This document shows, one piece after another, positions 1-7,340 of a DNA stretch of 32,000 bases. Below the pieces are notes generated by a model. The model had not been told where the DNA came from. It made no database searches and saw only the letters and a list, made by a program, of their open reading frames with translations. Origin of the DNA: Erysipelotrichaceae bacterium OH741_COT-311 (GTDB lineage: Bacteria > Bacillota_I > Bacilli_A > Erysipelotrichales > Erysipelotrichaceae). A program made the position numbers and the translations under genes. Where the stretch lies: positions 30,001 through 62,000 of the forward strand of contig RQZE01000010.1 of NCBI GenBank assembly GCA_003858585.1, written 5' to 3'. Position 1 is the first letter of the stretch, and every line of letters begins with the position of its first letter.

Positions 1-88
1 AAGTGATACAACTATAAACTCTTTATTTGGTTCCACCAACCCCAAACTCTCTATAAAATCCTTTATAGTTACTTGTCTTGCTCATCGC
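1..88 (-). ncRNA. T-box leader, 5' part (Stem I) only, continuing beyond the window; probable Ile (AUC) specifier, so presumably controlling a downstream ileS
   Basis: Minus-strand RNA from 88 to 1 reads GCGAUGAGCAAGACAAGUAACUAUAAAGGAUUUUAUAGAGAGUUUGGGGUUGGUGGAACCAAAUAAAGAGUUUAUAGUUGUAUCACUU. It contains GAUGAG (GA/K-turn-like), AGUA, an AGAGAG bulge motif, a UUUGG/CCAAA stem capped by the distal-loop-like GGUUGGUGGAA, a CUAUAAA/UUUAUAG stem, then AUC followed by A (coordinates 7..4). The opening resembles the B. subtilis glyQS leader as I recall it. divIVA-ileS synteny with an ileS T-box is known in Bacillus. The T-box/antiterminator itself lies outside the window. Confidence 0.5.
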
Positions 89-554
89 TTTCTTTATTAA
101 TCGCTTCAATCCAACGAATGTCAGGAAGCCTTGGTAACATTATATCATCAATATCTTGTTGCAGTTGATTAAGTTTCATAATCATATCTTTTTTTATAAG
201 ATCTGTTGAAGATGTGATTGTACTTAACTCTGTAATAATAATTCGAGCAGTTGTTAAAGCTTCTTTCACAATCACATCCGCATTATTACTGGCACAACCA
301 ATGACAGAGTTCGCTTCTTTAATTGCTAAACGAGAAATTTCTTGATATGCACTCTCTTTTGTCTGCACTTGCAAAGAGATATCCGCAAGTTCTTCTTTTA
401 ACTGCTTCATTTCTTCTTTTAATCGATTGATTTCTTTCAAATATAAATCATTCTGTATATTTAAATAGGAAATGGTACTTTGATATTCACTAATGGCATC
501 ATCTACCGCAAAACGATCGTATCCATTTTTCATCATACGAAACTTTTCGCTCAC
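69..554 (-). CDS. divIVA: DivIVA-domain cell division protein (161 aa)
   Basis: The N-terminal KFRMMKNGYDRFAVDDAISEY matches the DivIVA F..GYD...VD motif, followed by long coiled-coil sequence. I place the start at GTG 554, 8 nt after AGGAGG, rather than the track start at 716, which would overlap ylmH. Located after sepF-ylmH as in Bacillus. Confidence 0.75.
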   Translation of the reverse strand: MSEKFRMMKNGYDRFAVDDAISEYQSTISYLNIQNDLYLKEINRLKEEMKQLKEELADISLQVQTKESAYQEISRLAIKEANSVIGCASNNADVIVKEALTTARIIITELSTITSSTDLIKKDMIMKLNQLQQDIDDIMLPRLPDIRWIEAINKESDEQDK

Positions 555-570
555 AATTTCACCTCCTAGA

Positions 571-1296
571 TTAAATATACTTCTTAAATAATAAAAACAG
601 TCGCTCTTTTTTACTGATTCCCAAAAAAGATTCAAGAATAAATTTACCAAATCGACGAATGGTAATCTTATCTTGCTCTTTACATAGATAACTGTTTTGC
701 ATAACAACAACATCATTTACATACACAAGACCTTCTACAATATAGCGATTCGCTTCCTTACGTGATATATGCATAAGACCTGCAACAATCGTATCCATTC
801 TTGTACTTGATACATTGATCTTTATTTCTTCAAATTGTACCGGTTGATACAACATTTCAGTACTAATTTGAAATTTAACACCTATATGTTTAATTTTATG
901 TAAATGATTCATAATAAACAAAGCCATTGTTGCAGTCGTATATACCGCAACCACATCTTCAAAAATAACAATATCACCAATTTGATTACGCCTAATATCT
1001 AACGAAGTTAGAGCACCCAAAACATCTTGATGTCTCAACGATGTAAATTTATTATGATACTTACTCTTTAAACAAACAACTTGACTTTGATAGCCTTCAC
1101 TATTAAAAATAACTTTCTTTCGTATCGCTTGAGGGTAACCACCATCTTCTATAAAATCGACGCGATGAAAAACATTATTTTTTAATGTTGCATACTCTTC
1201 TTCACTTAGAAAATCCGTTTCAACGGGACGTTGATAGGTTAAAGATTGTAAAATCCAATCTTCAATTCTAGCAAGAAATAAATTAGTTTTCTTCAA
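571..1296 (-). CDS. ylmH: YlmH-like S4-domain RNA-binding protein
   Basis: 241 aa with a C-terminal S4-like segment (RMDTIVAGLMHISRKEANRYIVEGLVYVNDVVV). Sits between sepF and divIVA. Apparent TTG start overlaps the sepF 3' end by 14 nt; the RBS is weak. Confidence 0.7.
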   Translation of the reverse strand: MKKTNLFLARIEDWILQSLTYQRPVETDFLSEEEYATLKNNVFHRVDFIEDGGYPQAIRKKVIFNSEGYQSQVVCLKSKYHNKFTSLRHQDVLGALTSLDIRRNQIGDIVIFEDVVAVYTTATMALFIMNHLHKIKHIGVKFQISTEMLYQPVQFEEIKINVSSTRMDTIVAGLMHISRKEANRYIVEGLVYVNDVVVMQNSYLCKEQDKITIRRFGKFILESFLGISKKERLFLLFKKYI

Positions 1297-1687
1297 GTGA
1301 CTCTAAACTAATTTCTCCTTGTACACCAATCGAATTTGGAGTACATAAAATAACATTATGTCCAATCTTTTGAATTGAACCATCTAATGCAAATACTACA
1401 CCCGTTAAAAAGTCAATAGTACGTTGTGCGTAATCTCTTTGTAAACGATGCAAATTTACAACACATGCACGACGAAACTTTAAATGTTTTGCGATTTCTT
1501 CCGCTTCATCAAAACTACGAGGTTCAAATAACACCATTTTTGTATCTTGTGCTACTTTTGCTACACCTTTATTTTTTGGAGCTTCATATTCACTAACAAC
1601 TTTAGCTTCTTCTTGTGTTAATTCTAACTCTTCATCAACAGGTTCTAACGGTGCAATAAAGTTTTTGATTTTATCTGCGATTCCCAT
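1283..1687 (-). CDS. sepF: cell division protein SepF
   Basis: The conserved SepF core (VLFEPRSFDEAEEIAKHLKFRRACVVNLHRLQRDYAQRTIDFLTGVVFALDGSIQKIG) is present. Start moved to ATG 1687 (MGIADK), preceded by AGGAGG. The track's 16-aa extension has no RBS. Confidence 0.85.
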   Translation of the reverse strand: MGIADKIKNFIAPLEPVDEELELTQEEAKVVSEYEAPKNKGVAKVAQDTKMVLFEPRSFDEAEEIAKHLKFRRACVVNLHRLQRDYAQRTIDFLTGVVFALDGSIQKIGHNVILCTPNSIGVQGEISLESLEEN

Positions 1688-1712
1688 AAAAAATCCTCCT
1701 AAATACCAGTTT

Positions 1713-1721
1713 ATTATAACA
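1713..1721 (-). promoter_or_regulatory. candidate extended -10 (TGTTATAAT) promoter for sepF
   Basis: The minus strand reads TGTTATAAT about 25 nt upstream of the sepF ATG. No good -35 element. Sequence inspection only. Confidence 0.3.
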
Positions 1722-1812
1722 TAGATTAAAAACATTATACAGATATTCTACTGCATAAATCATTATTCTTACCTCAAGAAAAAGAGCATTTCTAATTAGA
1801 AATACTCACTTC

Positions 1813-2337
1813 TTATTTTTTAGCATTAAAATAAGCTAAAAAATGAACGATAGAAACAACCGTTACAATTCCAGCAATCCCATAAGAAACAGCGATTAAT
1901 GTAATATCGTGTTTTTTTTCTAATGCATTTAACACCAATAGTACGGCTAAGGTTAAATATAAGATCGACTTCAATAGTAAACGCGTCTTTGACGTTTTAT
2001 TCGCTAATTGTTTTACAATACACTGACGATGCATCGGTTTAAAATTTGACATATATGTCAAACGAGCTAAAAACTTTTTACGAAACGCTAACTCTAAAGC
2101 TACAACAACCAAAAGACAAACAAAGATAGCTACAAAGATATTTTTAACAAGTGAATATGTCAAAATCAAAGCTGCTAATGCAATGAAAAAACGATTTTGA
2201 AAGGTCATGTAGTTTTTAGTCTCTTTATCTGTAATTACATACCCGCGTTTTGTAAAGCGATCAAAATAAATCGTTCGACCTCGATCATCTTGATAGATAT
2301 TTATGCCACTTGGGCTTACTTTTTCATCTTTTATCAT
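1813..2337 (-). CDS. uncharacterised membrane protein: about 45-aa soluble N-terminus plus 4 predicted TM helices
   Basis: 174-aa ORF. Its ATG shares one base with the nagA stop (TAATG at 2337), implying translational coupling. Hydrophobic segments at about residues 49-63, 67-85, 120-140 and 146-170. I recognise no family. Confidence 0.55.
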   Translation of the reverse strand: MIKDEKVSPSGINIYQDDRGRTIYFDRFTKRGYVITDKETKNYMTFQNRFFIALAALILTYSLVKNIFVAIFVCLLVVVALELAFRKKFLARLTYMSNFKPMHRQCIVKQLANKTSKTRLLLKSILYLTLAVLLVLNALEKKHDITLIAVSYGIAGIVTVVSIVHFLAYFNAKK

Positions 2338-3476
2338 TATAAACTAGCAATTCCTCTACAATATGTTTGTGCAACACTATAGTCATCATTTAATACCACT
2401 AAGTCTGCATCATAACCGGCAACAATATAACCCTTACGATCATCAACTCTTAATAACTTCGCTGGATTGATGGTTGCAGATGCTAATGCTTGCTCAAATG
2501 GTAAGTCAGCTTCTTCGACCAAAATTCTTAATCCATTATTCATTGATAACGTTGAACCAGCTAAACCTTTTGTTGAAGTAAGGTGTGCAGAACCATCTGG
2601 ATAGATTTCAATTTCATTTCCACCAAAGATAAATTTAGAACCAACCGGTTTGCCTTTTGCCATTAATGAATCGGTAACCATAATAGTCTTATCCATACCC
2701 TTTGATTTAAATAAAATATTTAATGCAGCAGGTGTTGAATGATTTCCATCACAAATCACTTCGCCATATAGTTCTCTCATTCGTAATGCCGCACCAATCA
2801 TACCATTCTTACGATGATTAAATGGTGACATACCATTGTAAATATGTGTCATTGAACGAGCTCCATTTGCTACAGCCATTAATACTTGATCATACGTACT
2901 TGATGAATGTCCAATCGATACATTCACTCCTGTTTCTTGGCAATATTTTGTTAGTGCAAAATCTGGATCATGTTCAGTTGCTAAGGTCATAACTTTAATT
3001 AATCCATTCGCATCCTTTTGATATTGTTTAAATTCTTCAACGGTAGGTGTAACAATATGTTGTTCAGGTTGAGCCCCTTTGTATACCATATCTAAATATG
3101 GACCTTCAAAATGGATACCTAATACTTCAGCACCTGTATACCCATCTTCCACTACTTTCGCAACGTTTTTTACAGCCTTTGTCAATACAGCATTTGACTG
3201 TGTAATCGTTGTAGGACATAAACCTGTAACCCCTTCGCTTGGAATGTTAGCTAACCAATGTCTTAACCCTTCTTCATTGGCATCATTGGTATCAAAACCA
3301 TAAGCACCATGTGTATGAATATCAATAAAGCCGGGAACAATTCTTAATGAACCATAATCTTGATCTACTTCCTTTGTTCCATAAGGATATACATTTTTAA
3401 TTTTTTGATTTTCAATCTCTATTTGAGCAGGATGAAATTGACCAACTAACCATACTTTTTTACTTTGAATTATCAT
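2337..3476 (-). CDS. nagA: N-acetylglucosamine/N-acetylgalactosamine-6-phosphate deacetylase
   Basis: 379 aa with amidohydrolase motifs GFIDIHTHGAYGFD and HFEGPY, and a GGAGGA RBS. Divergent from agaS, so it may act as the AgaA function. Confidence 0.9.
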   Translation of the reverse strand: MIIQSKKVWLVGQFHPAQIEIENQKIKNVYPYGTKEVDQDYGSLRIVPGFIDIHTHGAYGFDTNDANEEGLRHWLANIPSEGVTGLCPTTITQSNAVLTKAVKNVAKVVEDGYTGAEVLGIHFEGPYLDMVYKGAQPEQHIVTPTVEEFKQYQKDANGLIKVMTLATEHDPDFALTKYCQETGVNVSIGHSSSTYDQVLMAVANGARSMTHIYNGMSPFNHRKNGMIGAALRMRELYGEVICDGNHSTPAALNILFKSKGMDKTIMVTDSLMAKGKPVGSKFIFGGNEIEIYPDGSAHLTSTKGLAGSTLSMNNGLRILVEEADLPFEQALASATINPAKLLRVDDRKGYIVAGYDADLVVLNDDYSVAQTYCRGIASL

Positions 3477-3564
3477 ACTTTTTCCTCCATATATAATTCT
3501 ACATAATTTTTATATTTTTCATTTGTATTTTTATCTATATTACTTATATATTTTAACCTATTTA

Positions 3565-3593
3565 TTGTTTTTAAACAATTCATTTACTATAAT
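3565..3593 (+). promoter_or_regulatory. candidate sigma-A promoter for agaS operon (TTGTTT-N17-TATAAT)
   Basis: -35 TTGTTT at 3565-3570 and -10 TATAAT at 3588-3593, about 27 nt upstream of the agaS ATG. The 16-bp palindrome ATTGTTTTTAAACAAT (3564-3579) overlaps the -35. Confidence 0.45.
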
Positions 3594-3619
3594 GATGTTA
3601 GTAGAAAAGAGGTAAATAA

Positions 3620-4801
3620 ATGGCTGTTTTTAATATGACCGATGAACAACTTACATTAACAACAAGTACATTTACAGCAAGTGAAATCTATCAACAACCT
3701 GACACTTGGAAAAAAACATTTACACAGATAAAAGAAATGAAAGAAGAACTTGCTTCATTTTTAAATAATGTGTTAAAGCATGAGGATTACGATATTATTT
3801 TAACCGGTGCTGGAACAAGTGAATTTGTTGGTAACTCTGTATATAGTTACTTAAACAAACGATTGAAAAACTACAAAGTAAAATCGTATGGTACAACCGA
3901 TTTAGTCGCTACTCCTGAAAACTATTTATCTAGAAGTAAACCCACACTTTTAATTTCTTATGGTCGTAGTGGAAATTCTCCAGAGTCTGTTGGGGCTGTT
4001 GATGTTGCAAATGCAGTATGTCAAGATAACGTGTATCATTTATTTATTACGTGTAATAAAAATGGTGCATTAAGTAAAGCGGCAATAAACAACCCACATG
4101 CTTATGCCATTAACTTAACTGATGAAACACATGATCAAAGTTTTGCTATGACATCAAGCTATACAAATATGTACTTAGCAACCCTATTGTGTTTCCATTT
4201 AGATAACTTAGATACATTAGAAAAAGAGTTCCAACAAGTCTTAAACAACGCTTATAAGATGGTACAAGAAGATTTCTCTTACTTCCATCAATTAGTTCAA
4301 GAATATAACTTTAATCGTATCGTTTATTTAGGTGCCAATGCATTAAAAGGTGTTAGCCAAGAATCTGCATTAAAAATGTTAGAGCTAACAGCTGGAAAAA
4401 CAGTAACGATGTATGATACACCACTTGGATTTAGACATGGTCCTAAATCTATCATTAACGATGAAACATTAACCGTTATTTACGTAAGTGATGATGCTTA
4501 TAGTTATCAATATGAACTTGATTTAATTAAAGAAATGTCTCTACAACGTAAAGGCAATAAAATCTTAGTTATTTCAAATCGCTATTACAGTGAGTTAGAA
4601 CCACTTGTTGATTATTACTATTCATTTAAAAATGAATATGCATTAGATAATGTATTCTTAGGTTTAGATTATATTATTATTGCACAATTAATTGCCCTTT
4701 ATAAATCATTATTATTAAATATTACACCAGATAACCCTTGTCCAAGTGGAGAAGTAAATCGAGTGGTTAAAGGTGTTACTTTATACCCATATTCAAAATA
4801 G
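3620..4801 (+). CDS. agaS: SIS-domain galactosamine-6-phosphate deaminase/isomerase (AgaS family)
   Basis: 393 aa with a two-SIS-domain layout (GAGTSEFVG, later YLGANALKG). AAGAGG RBS. Neighbours are a PTS, a deacetylase and kbaZ. Confidence 0.85.
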   Translation: MAVFNMTDEQLTLTTSTFTASEIYQQPDTWKKTFTQIKEMKEELASFLNNVLKHEDYDIILTGAGTSEFVGNSVYSYLNKRLKNYKVKSYGTTDLVATPENYLSRSKPTLLISYGRSGNSPESVGAVDVANAVCQDNVYHLFITCNKNGALSKAAINNPHAYAINLTDETHDQSFAMTSSYTNMYLATLLCFHLDNLDTLEKEFQQVLNNAYKMVQEDFSYFHQLVQEYNFNRIVYLGANALKGVSQESALKMLELTAGKTVTMYDTPLGFRHGPKSIINDETLTVIYVSDDAYSYQYELDLIKEMSLQRKGNKILVISNRYYSELEPLVDYYYSFKNEYALDNVFLGLDYIIIAQLIALYKSLLLNITPDNPCPSGEVNRVVKGVTLYPYSK

Positions 4802-4812
4802 GAGGAACATAT

Positions 4813-5244
4813 ATGGTAGGAATTATTGTTACTGGTCATGGTAACTTCGGCTCAGGTTTAACGAGCTCTGTAAAATTAATCGCTGGAATGCCTGAGCATT
4901 ACATCGCTATTGATTTTGTACAAGAATATTCTGTAGAAGATTTAGCAAGAGAATTAAACAAAGCGATGGATGAATTAAAAGATTGTAATGGTATTTTAGT
5001 ATTTACCGATTTAGCTGGTGGTTCACCATTTAAAACAGCTGTAGAAATTTCAATGAATCGTAAAGAAAATATTAAAGTTCTTGCCGGAACTAATTTAGCT
5101 ATGTTAATTGAGATTTCAATGGCACGTGGATTTATAGAAGATGTGGATGCTTTAGCGGATATGGCAGTAAATACCGGTAAAGATCAAATCGTAAAATACA
5201 CATATGTTGAAAAAGTAGAAGTAGAAAGTGAAGATGGTATTTAA
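4813..5244 (+). CDS. PTS mannose/sorbose/GalNAc-family EIIA component
   Basis: 143 aa. N-terminal MVGIIVTGHGNFGSGL carries the EIIA-Man phospho-histidine context. AGGAGG RBS. Confidence 0.85.
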   Translation: MVGIIVTGHGNFGSGLTSSVKLIAGMPEHYIAIDFVQEYSVEDLARELNKAMDELKDCNGILVFTDLAGGSPFKTAVEISMNRKENIKVLAGTNLAMLIEISMARGFIEDVDALADMAVNTGKDQIVKYTYVEKVEVESEDGI

Positions 5245-5266
5245 AAAAGCGATATATCGCTTTTTT
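5243..5266. terminator. intrinsic-terminator-like hairpin between EIIA and kbaZ
   Basis: AAAAAAGCGATATATCGCTTTTTT is a perfect inverted repeat with an A-run and a T-run, immediately after the EIIA stop and 22 nt before the kbaZ ATG. Confidence 0.6.
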
Positions 5267-5288
5267 ATGTTTAAAATTAGGAGGAACT

Positions 5289-6608
5289 ATGAAACATCCA
5301 TTATTAAAAATTATTGATTTACAAAAACAAGGGATTCCAGTAGGTATATATAGTGCATGTACAGCTAATGAATTGGTATTGGAAGCTTGCATGAAACGTG
5401 CAATTGAAACAAACACAGTTTTATTAATTGAAGCAACAGCCAATCAAGTAGACCAATATGGTGGCTATACAGGTATGAAACCTAATGACTTTGTTCATTT
5501 TATAAATGAATTAGCTGCAAAAGTTGGTTTATCACAAGATCGTATTATTCTTGGAGGAGATCACTTAGGTCCATTAACATTTACACACTATGATGAAGAA
5601 AAAGCTATGCAAGAAGCAAGTCAATTGATTCATGACTATGTAGTAGCTGGCTTTACGAAAATTCATATTGATACAAGTATGAAGGTAAATAGCGATAATC
5701 CTAATACACGTTTAACCGATGAAACCATCGCTCGTCGAGGTGCTATGCTTGCTAAAGTGGCTGAAGAAGCTTACCAAGAGTTATTAAAAACAAAACCGGA
5801 TGCTTTACATCCAGTATATATCGTTGGTAGTGAAGTGCCAATTCCTGGAGGATCTCAAGATGCACAGGATAGTGGTGTATCGGTTACAAAAGTATCCGAC
5901 TTCAAAGCTACTGTAAAAGCATTTGAAACAGCGTTTTCAAAAGAGAATTTACAAGAAGCTTGGAAGTATGTAATTGCAGTTGTGGTACAACCTGGTGTGG
6001 AAGAAAAAGATGCTGGTTGTACAGAATACGATCGATTTAAAGCTACTGACTTAATGAATGCCATTAAAGAATATCCAACCTTAGTATATGAAGGTCACTC
6101 TACAGACTATCAAACAAAAATTAAACTAAGAGAGCTTGTTGAAGACGGTGTTGGTATCTTAAAAGTTGGTCCAGGTTTAACATTCCAAGCTCGTGAAGCC
6201 CTATTTGCCCTAGCCTTTGCTGAAAAAGAATATTTCAAAGATACGGATACGAAAACGAGTCATCTCATTGAAATTCTAGAAGAAGAAATGTTAAAAGAAC
6301 CTAAGTATTGGGCAAAACACTATTATGGAACACCACAAGAAATTGCATTGAAACGTAAGTATTCATTCTCTGATCGTAGTCGTTATTTTATGCCAAAAGA
6401 AAGTGTAAAACAAGCAATTGATACATTATTTACAAACTTTAAGGATGGTGTCCCTTTAAACTTATTAAGTCAATTTATGCCAATCCAGTACACAAAAGTA
6501 CGTGAAGGTCTTTTGAAAAACTGTCCACGTGAATTGGTAAAAGATCGCATAATTAATACAGTAGATGAATATCTCTACGCAACACACCAAGACAAATTAA
6601 ATGATTAA
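5289..6608 (+). CDS. kbaZ: KbaZ/GatZ/AgaZ-family protein (class II tagatose-bisphosphate aldolase accessory subunit family; possible tagatose-6-P epimerase)
   Basis: 439 aa. N-terminal GIPVGIYSACTANELVLEACMKRA is typical of GatZ/KbaZ as I recall it. AGGAGG RBS. Sits in the aga locus. Confidence 0.8.
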   Translation: MKHPLLKIIDLQKQGIPVGIYSACTANELVLEACMKRAIETNTVLLIEATANQVDQYGGYTGMKPNDFVHFINELAAKVGLSQDRIILGGDHLGPLTFTHYDEEKAMQEASQLIHDYVVAGFTKIHIDTSMKVNSDNPNTRLTDETIARRGAMLAKVAEEAYQELLKTKPDALHPVYIVGSEVPIPGGSQDAQDSGVSVTKVSDFKATVKAFETAFSKENLQEAWKYVIAVVVQPGVEEKDAGCTEYDRFKATDLMNAIKEYPTLVYEGHSTDYQTKIKLRELVEDGVGILKVGPGLTFQAREALFALAFAEKEYFKDTDTKTSHLIEILEEEMLKEPKYWAKHYYGTPQEIALKRKYSFSDRSRYFMPKESVKQAIDTLFTNFKDGVPLNLLSQFMPIQYTKVREGLLKNCPRELVKDRIINTVDEYLYATHQDKLND

Positions 6609-6642
6609 AAAATAACCACTTTTATGAAGTGGTTATTTTTTT
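6609..6642. terminator. bidirectional intrinsic terminator
   Basis: AATAACCACTT-TTATG-AAGTGGTTATT is flanked by an A-run and a T-run. It lies between convergent kbaZ and the 6633..7259 gene and overlaps the latter's last codons. Confidence 0.75.
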
Positions 6643-7259
6643 GCCTTTAGCAATTCATCCAACATTGCAATATGTGTTTCAGAAAGTTCTCGATATTCTT
6701 TTGCCTTTTTATGATCCTTTTTATTTTCATACATAATTGAAATTAAGAATTCGTTTACACCACGATGTTCCACTGGAAGATTTTTTGTTTCCTCTAAAAT
6801 TTCTTCTAAGTAACGATCTCCTTTTTCAATATAGATATCATAAATACGAGTTGCTTCTTTTACCATTTGTTCATCTTTTAAATCAATAACTAAATTTAAA
6901 TACTTTTTCGCATGTTTTTGATCTTCAACTGAAACATAATAATTAAATGCCATCATATAAATCAACGATTTTTGTTTGTGATTTAAACGATGTTTTTCAA
7001 ACTTTTCAAACGCTTGAAGAATCATTTTTTTATTATCTCTTAAAATAGCACTATTTAACTTCATATAATCGATGTTAAATGGCATAAACAATATTTTAAT
7101 AATAAAGGTTTCAATTAACTGATCAAATTCATCAAACTTTCTTTCTTCTAATAAACGAACAATTTTAGTAGAATAATGTTTTTTAACAAATTTTACTGTA
7201 ATTGAAAAGAGTATTGCTAATACTATAAATATTAAAACTAAAATGACATTACGGTCCAT
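6633..7259 (-). CDS. uncharacterised N-terminally membrane-anchored, all-helical (TPR-like?) protein
   Basis: 208 aa from ATG 7259 (MDRNVILVLIFIVLAILF), with GAAAGGA 5 nt upstream. The track's earlier start would lie inside the terminator hairpin. One TM helix is followed by Lys/Glu-rich helical repeats. No family recognised. Confidence 0.5.
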   Translation of the reverse strand: MDRNVILVLIFIVLAILFSITVKFVKKHYSTKIVRLLEERKFDEFDQLIETFIIKILFMPFNIDYMKLNSAILRDNKKMILQAFEKFEKHRLNHKQKSLIYMMAFNYYVSVEDQKHAKKYLNLVIDLKDEQMVKEATRIYDIYIEKGDRYLEEILEETKNLPVEHRGVNEFLISIMYENKKDHKKAKEYRELSETHIAMLDELLKAKK

Positions 7260-7280
7260 AACAATCCTTTCTACTATCAA

Positions 7281-7308
7281 GAAAAACACGCATGCCCTGC
7301 GTGTTTTA
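7281..7308 (-). terminator. intrinsic terminator after PTS IID
   Basis: The minus strand reads ACACGCA-GGGCA-TGCGTGT followed by TTTTT, 33 nt after the IID stop. Confidence 0.7.
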
Positions 7309-7340
7309 AATGAAGTTCAAGCAAAATTAAATATAATAGC

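Noticed and set aside
555-716. N-terminal extensions in the ORF track (divIVA 69-716, sepF to 1735, 6633-7289, IID genes to 8216 and 20256, pfk to 29807)
   Set aside because: In each case a downstream start has a proper AGGAGG/GGAGG RBS at 5-9 nt and matches the conserved family N-terminus. The extensions overlap neighbouring genes or terminator hairpins.
1788-1803. Palindrome ATTTCTAATTAGAAAT downstream of the unknown membrane gene, considered as a terminator or operator
   Set aside because: The stem is entirely A/T-rich with no real loop, and the following T-run is weak. It cannot be separated from chance symmetry in AT-rich DNA without comparative data.
1911-1919. Homopolymeric T8 tract (A8 on the coding strand) inside the unknown membrane-protein gene, considered as a phase-variation switch
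   Set aside because: Runs of 7-8 A or T occur repeatedly across the window, in both coding and non-coding sequence, as expected at this base composition. Nothing distinguishes this one.
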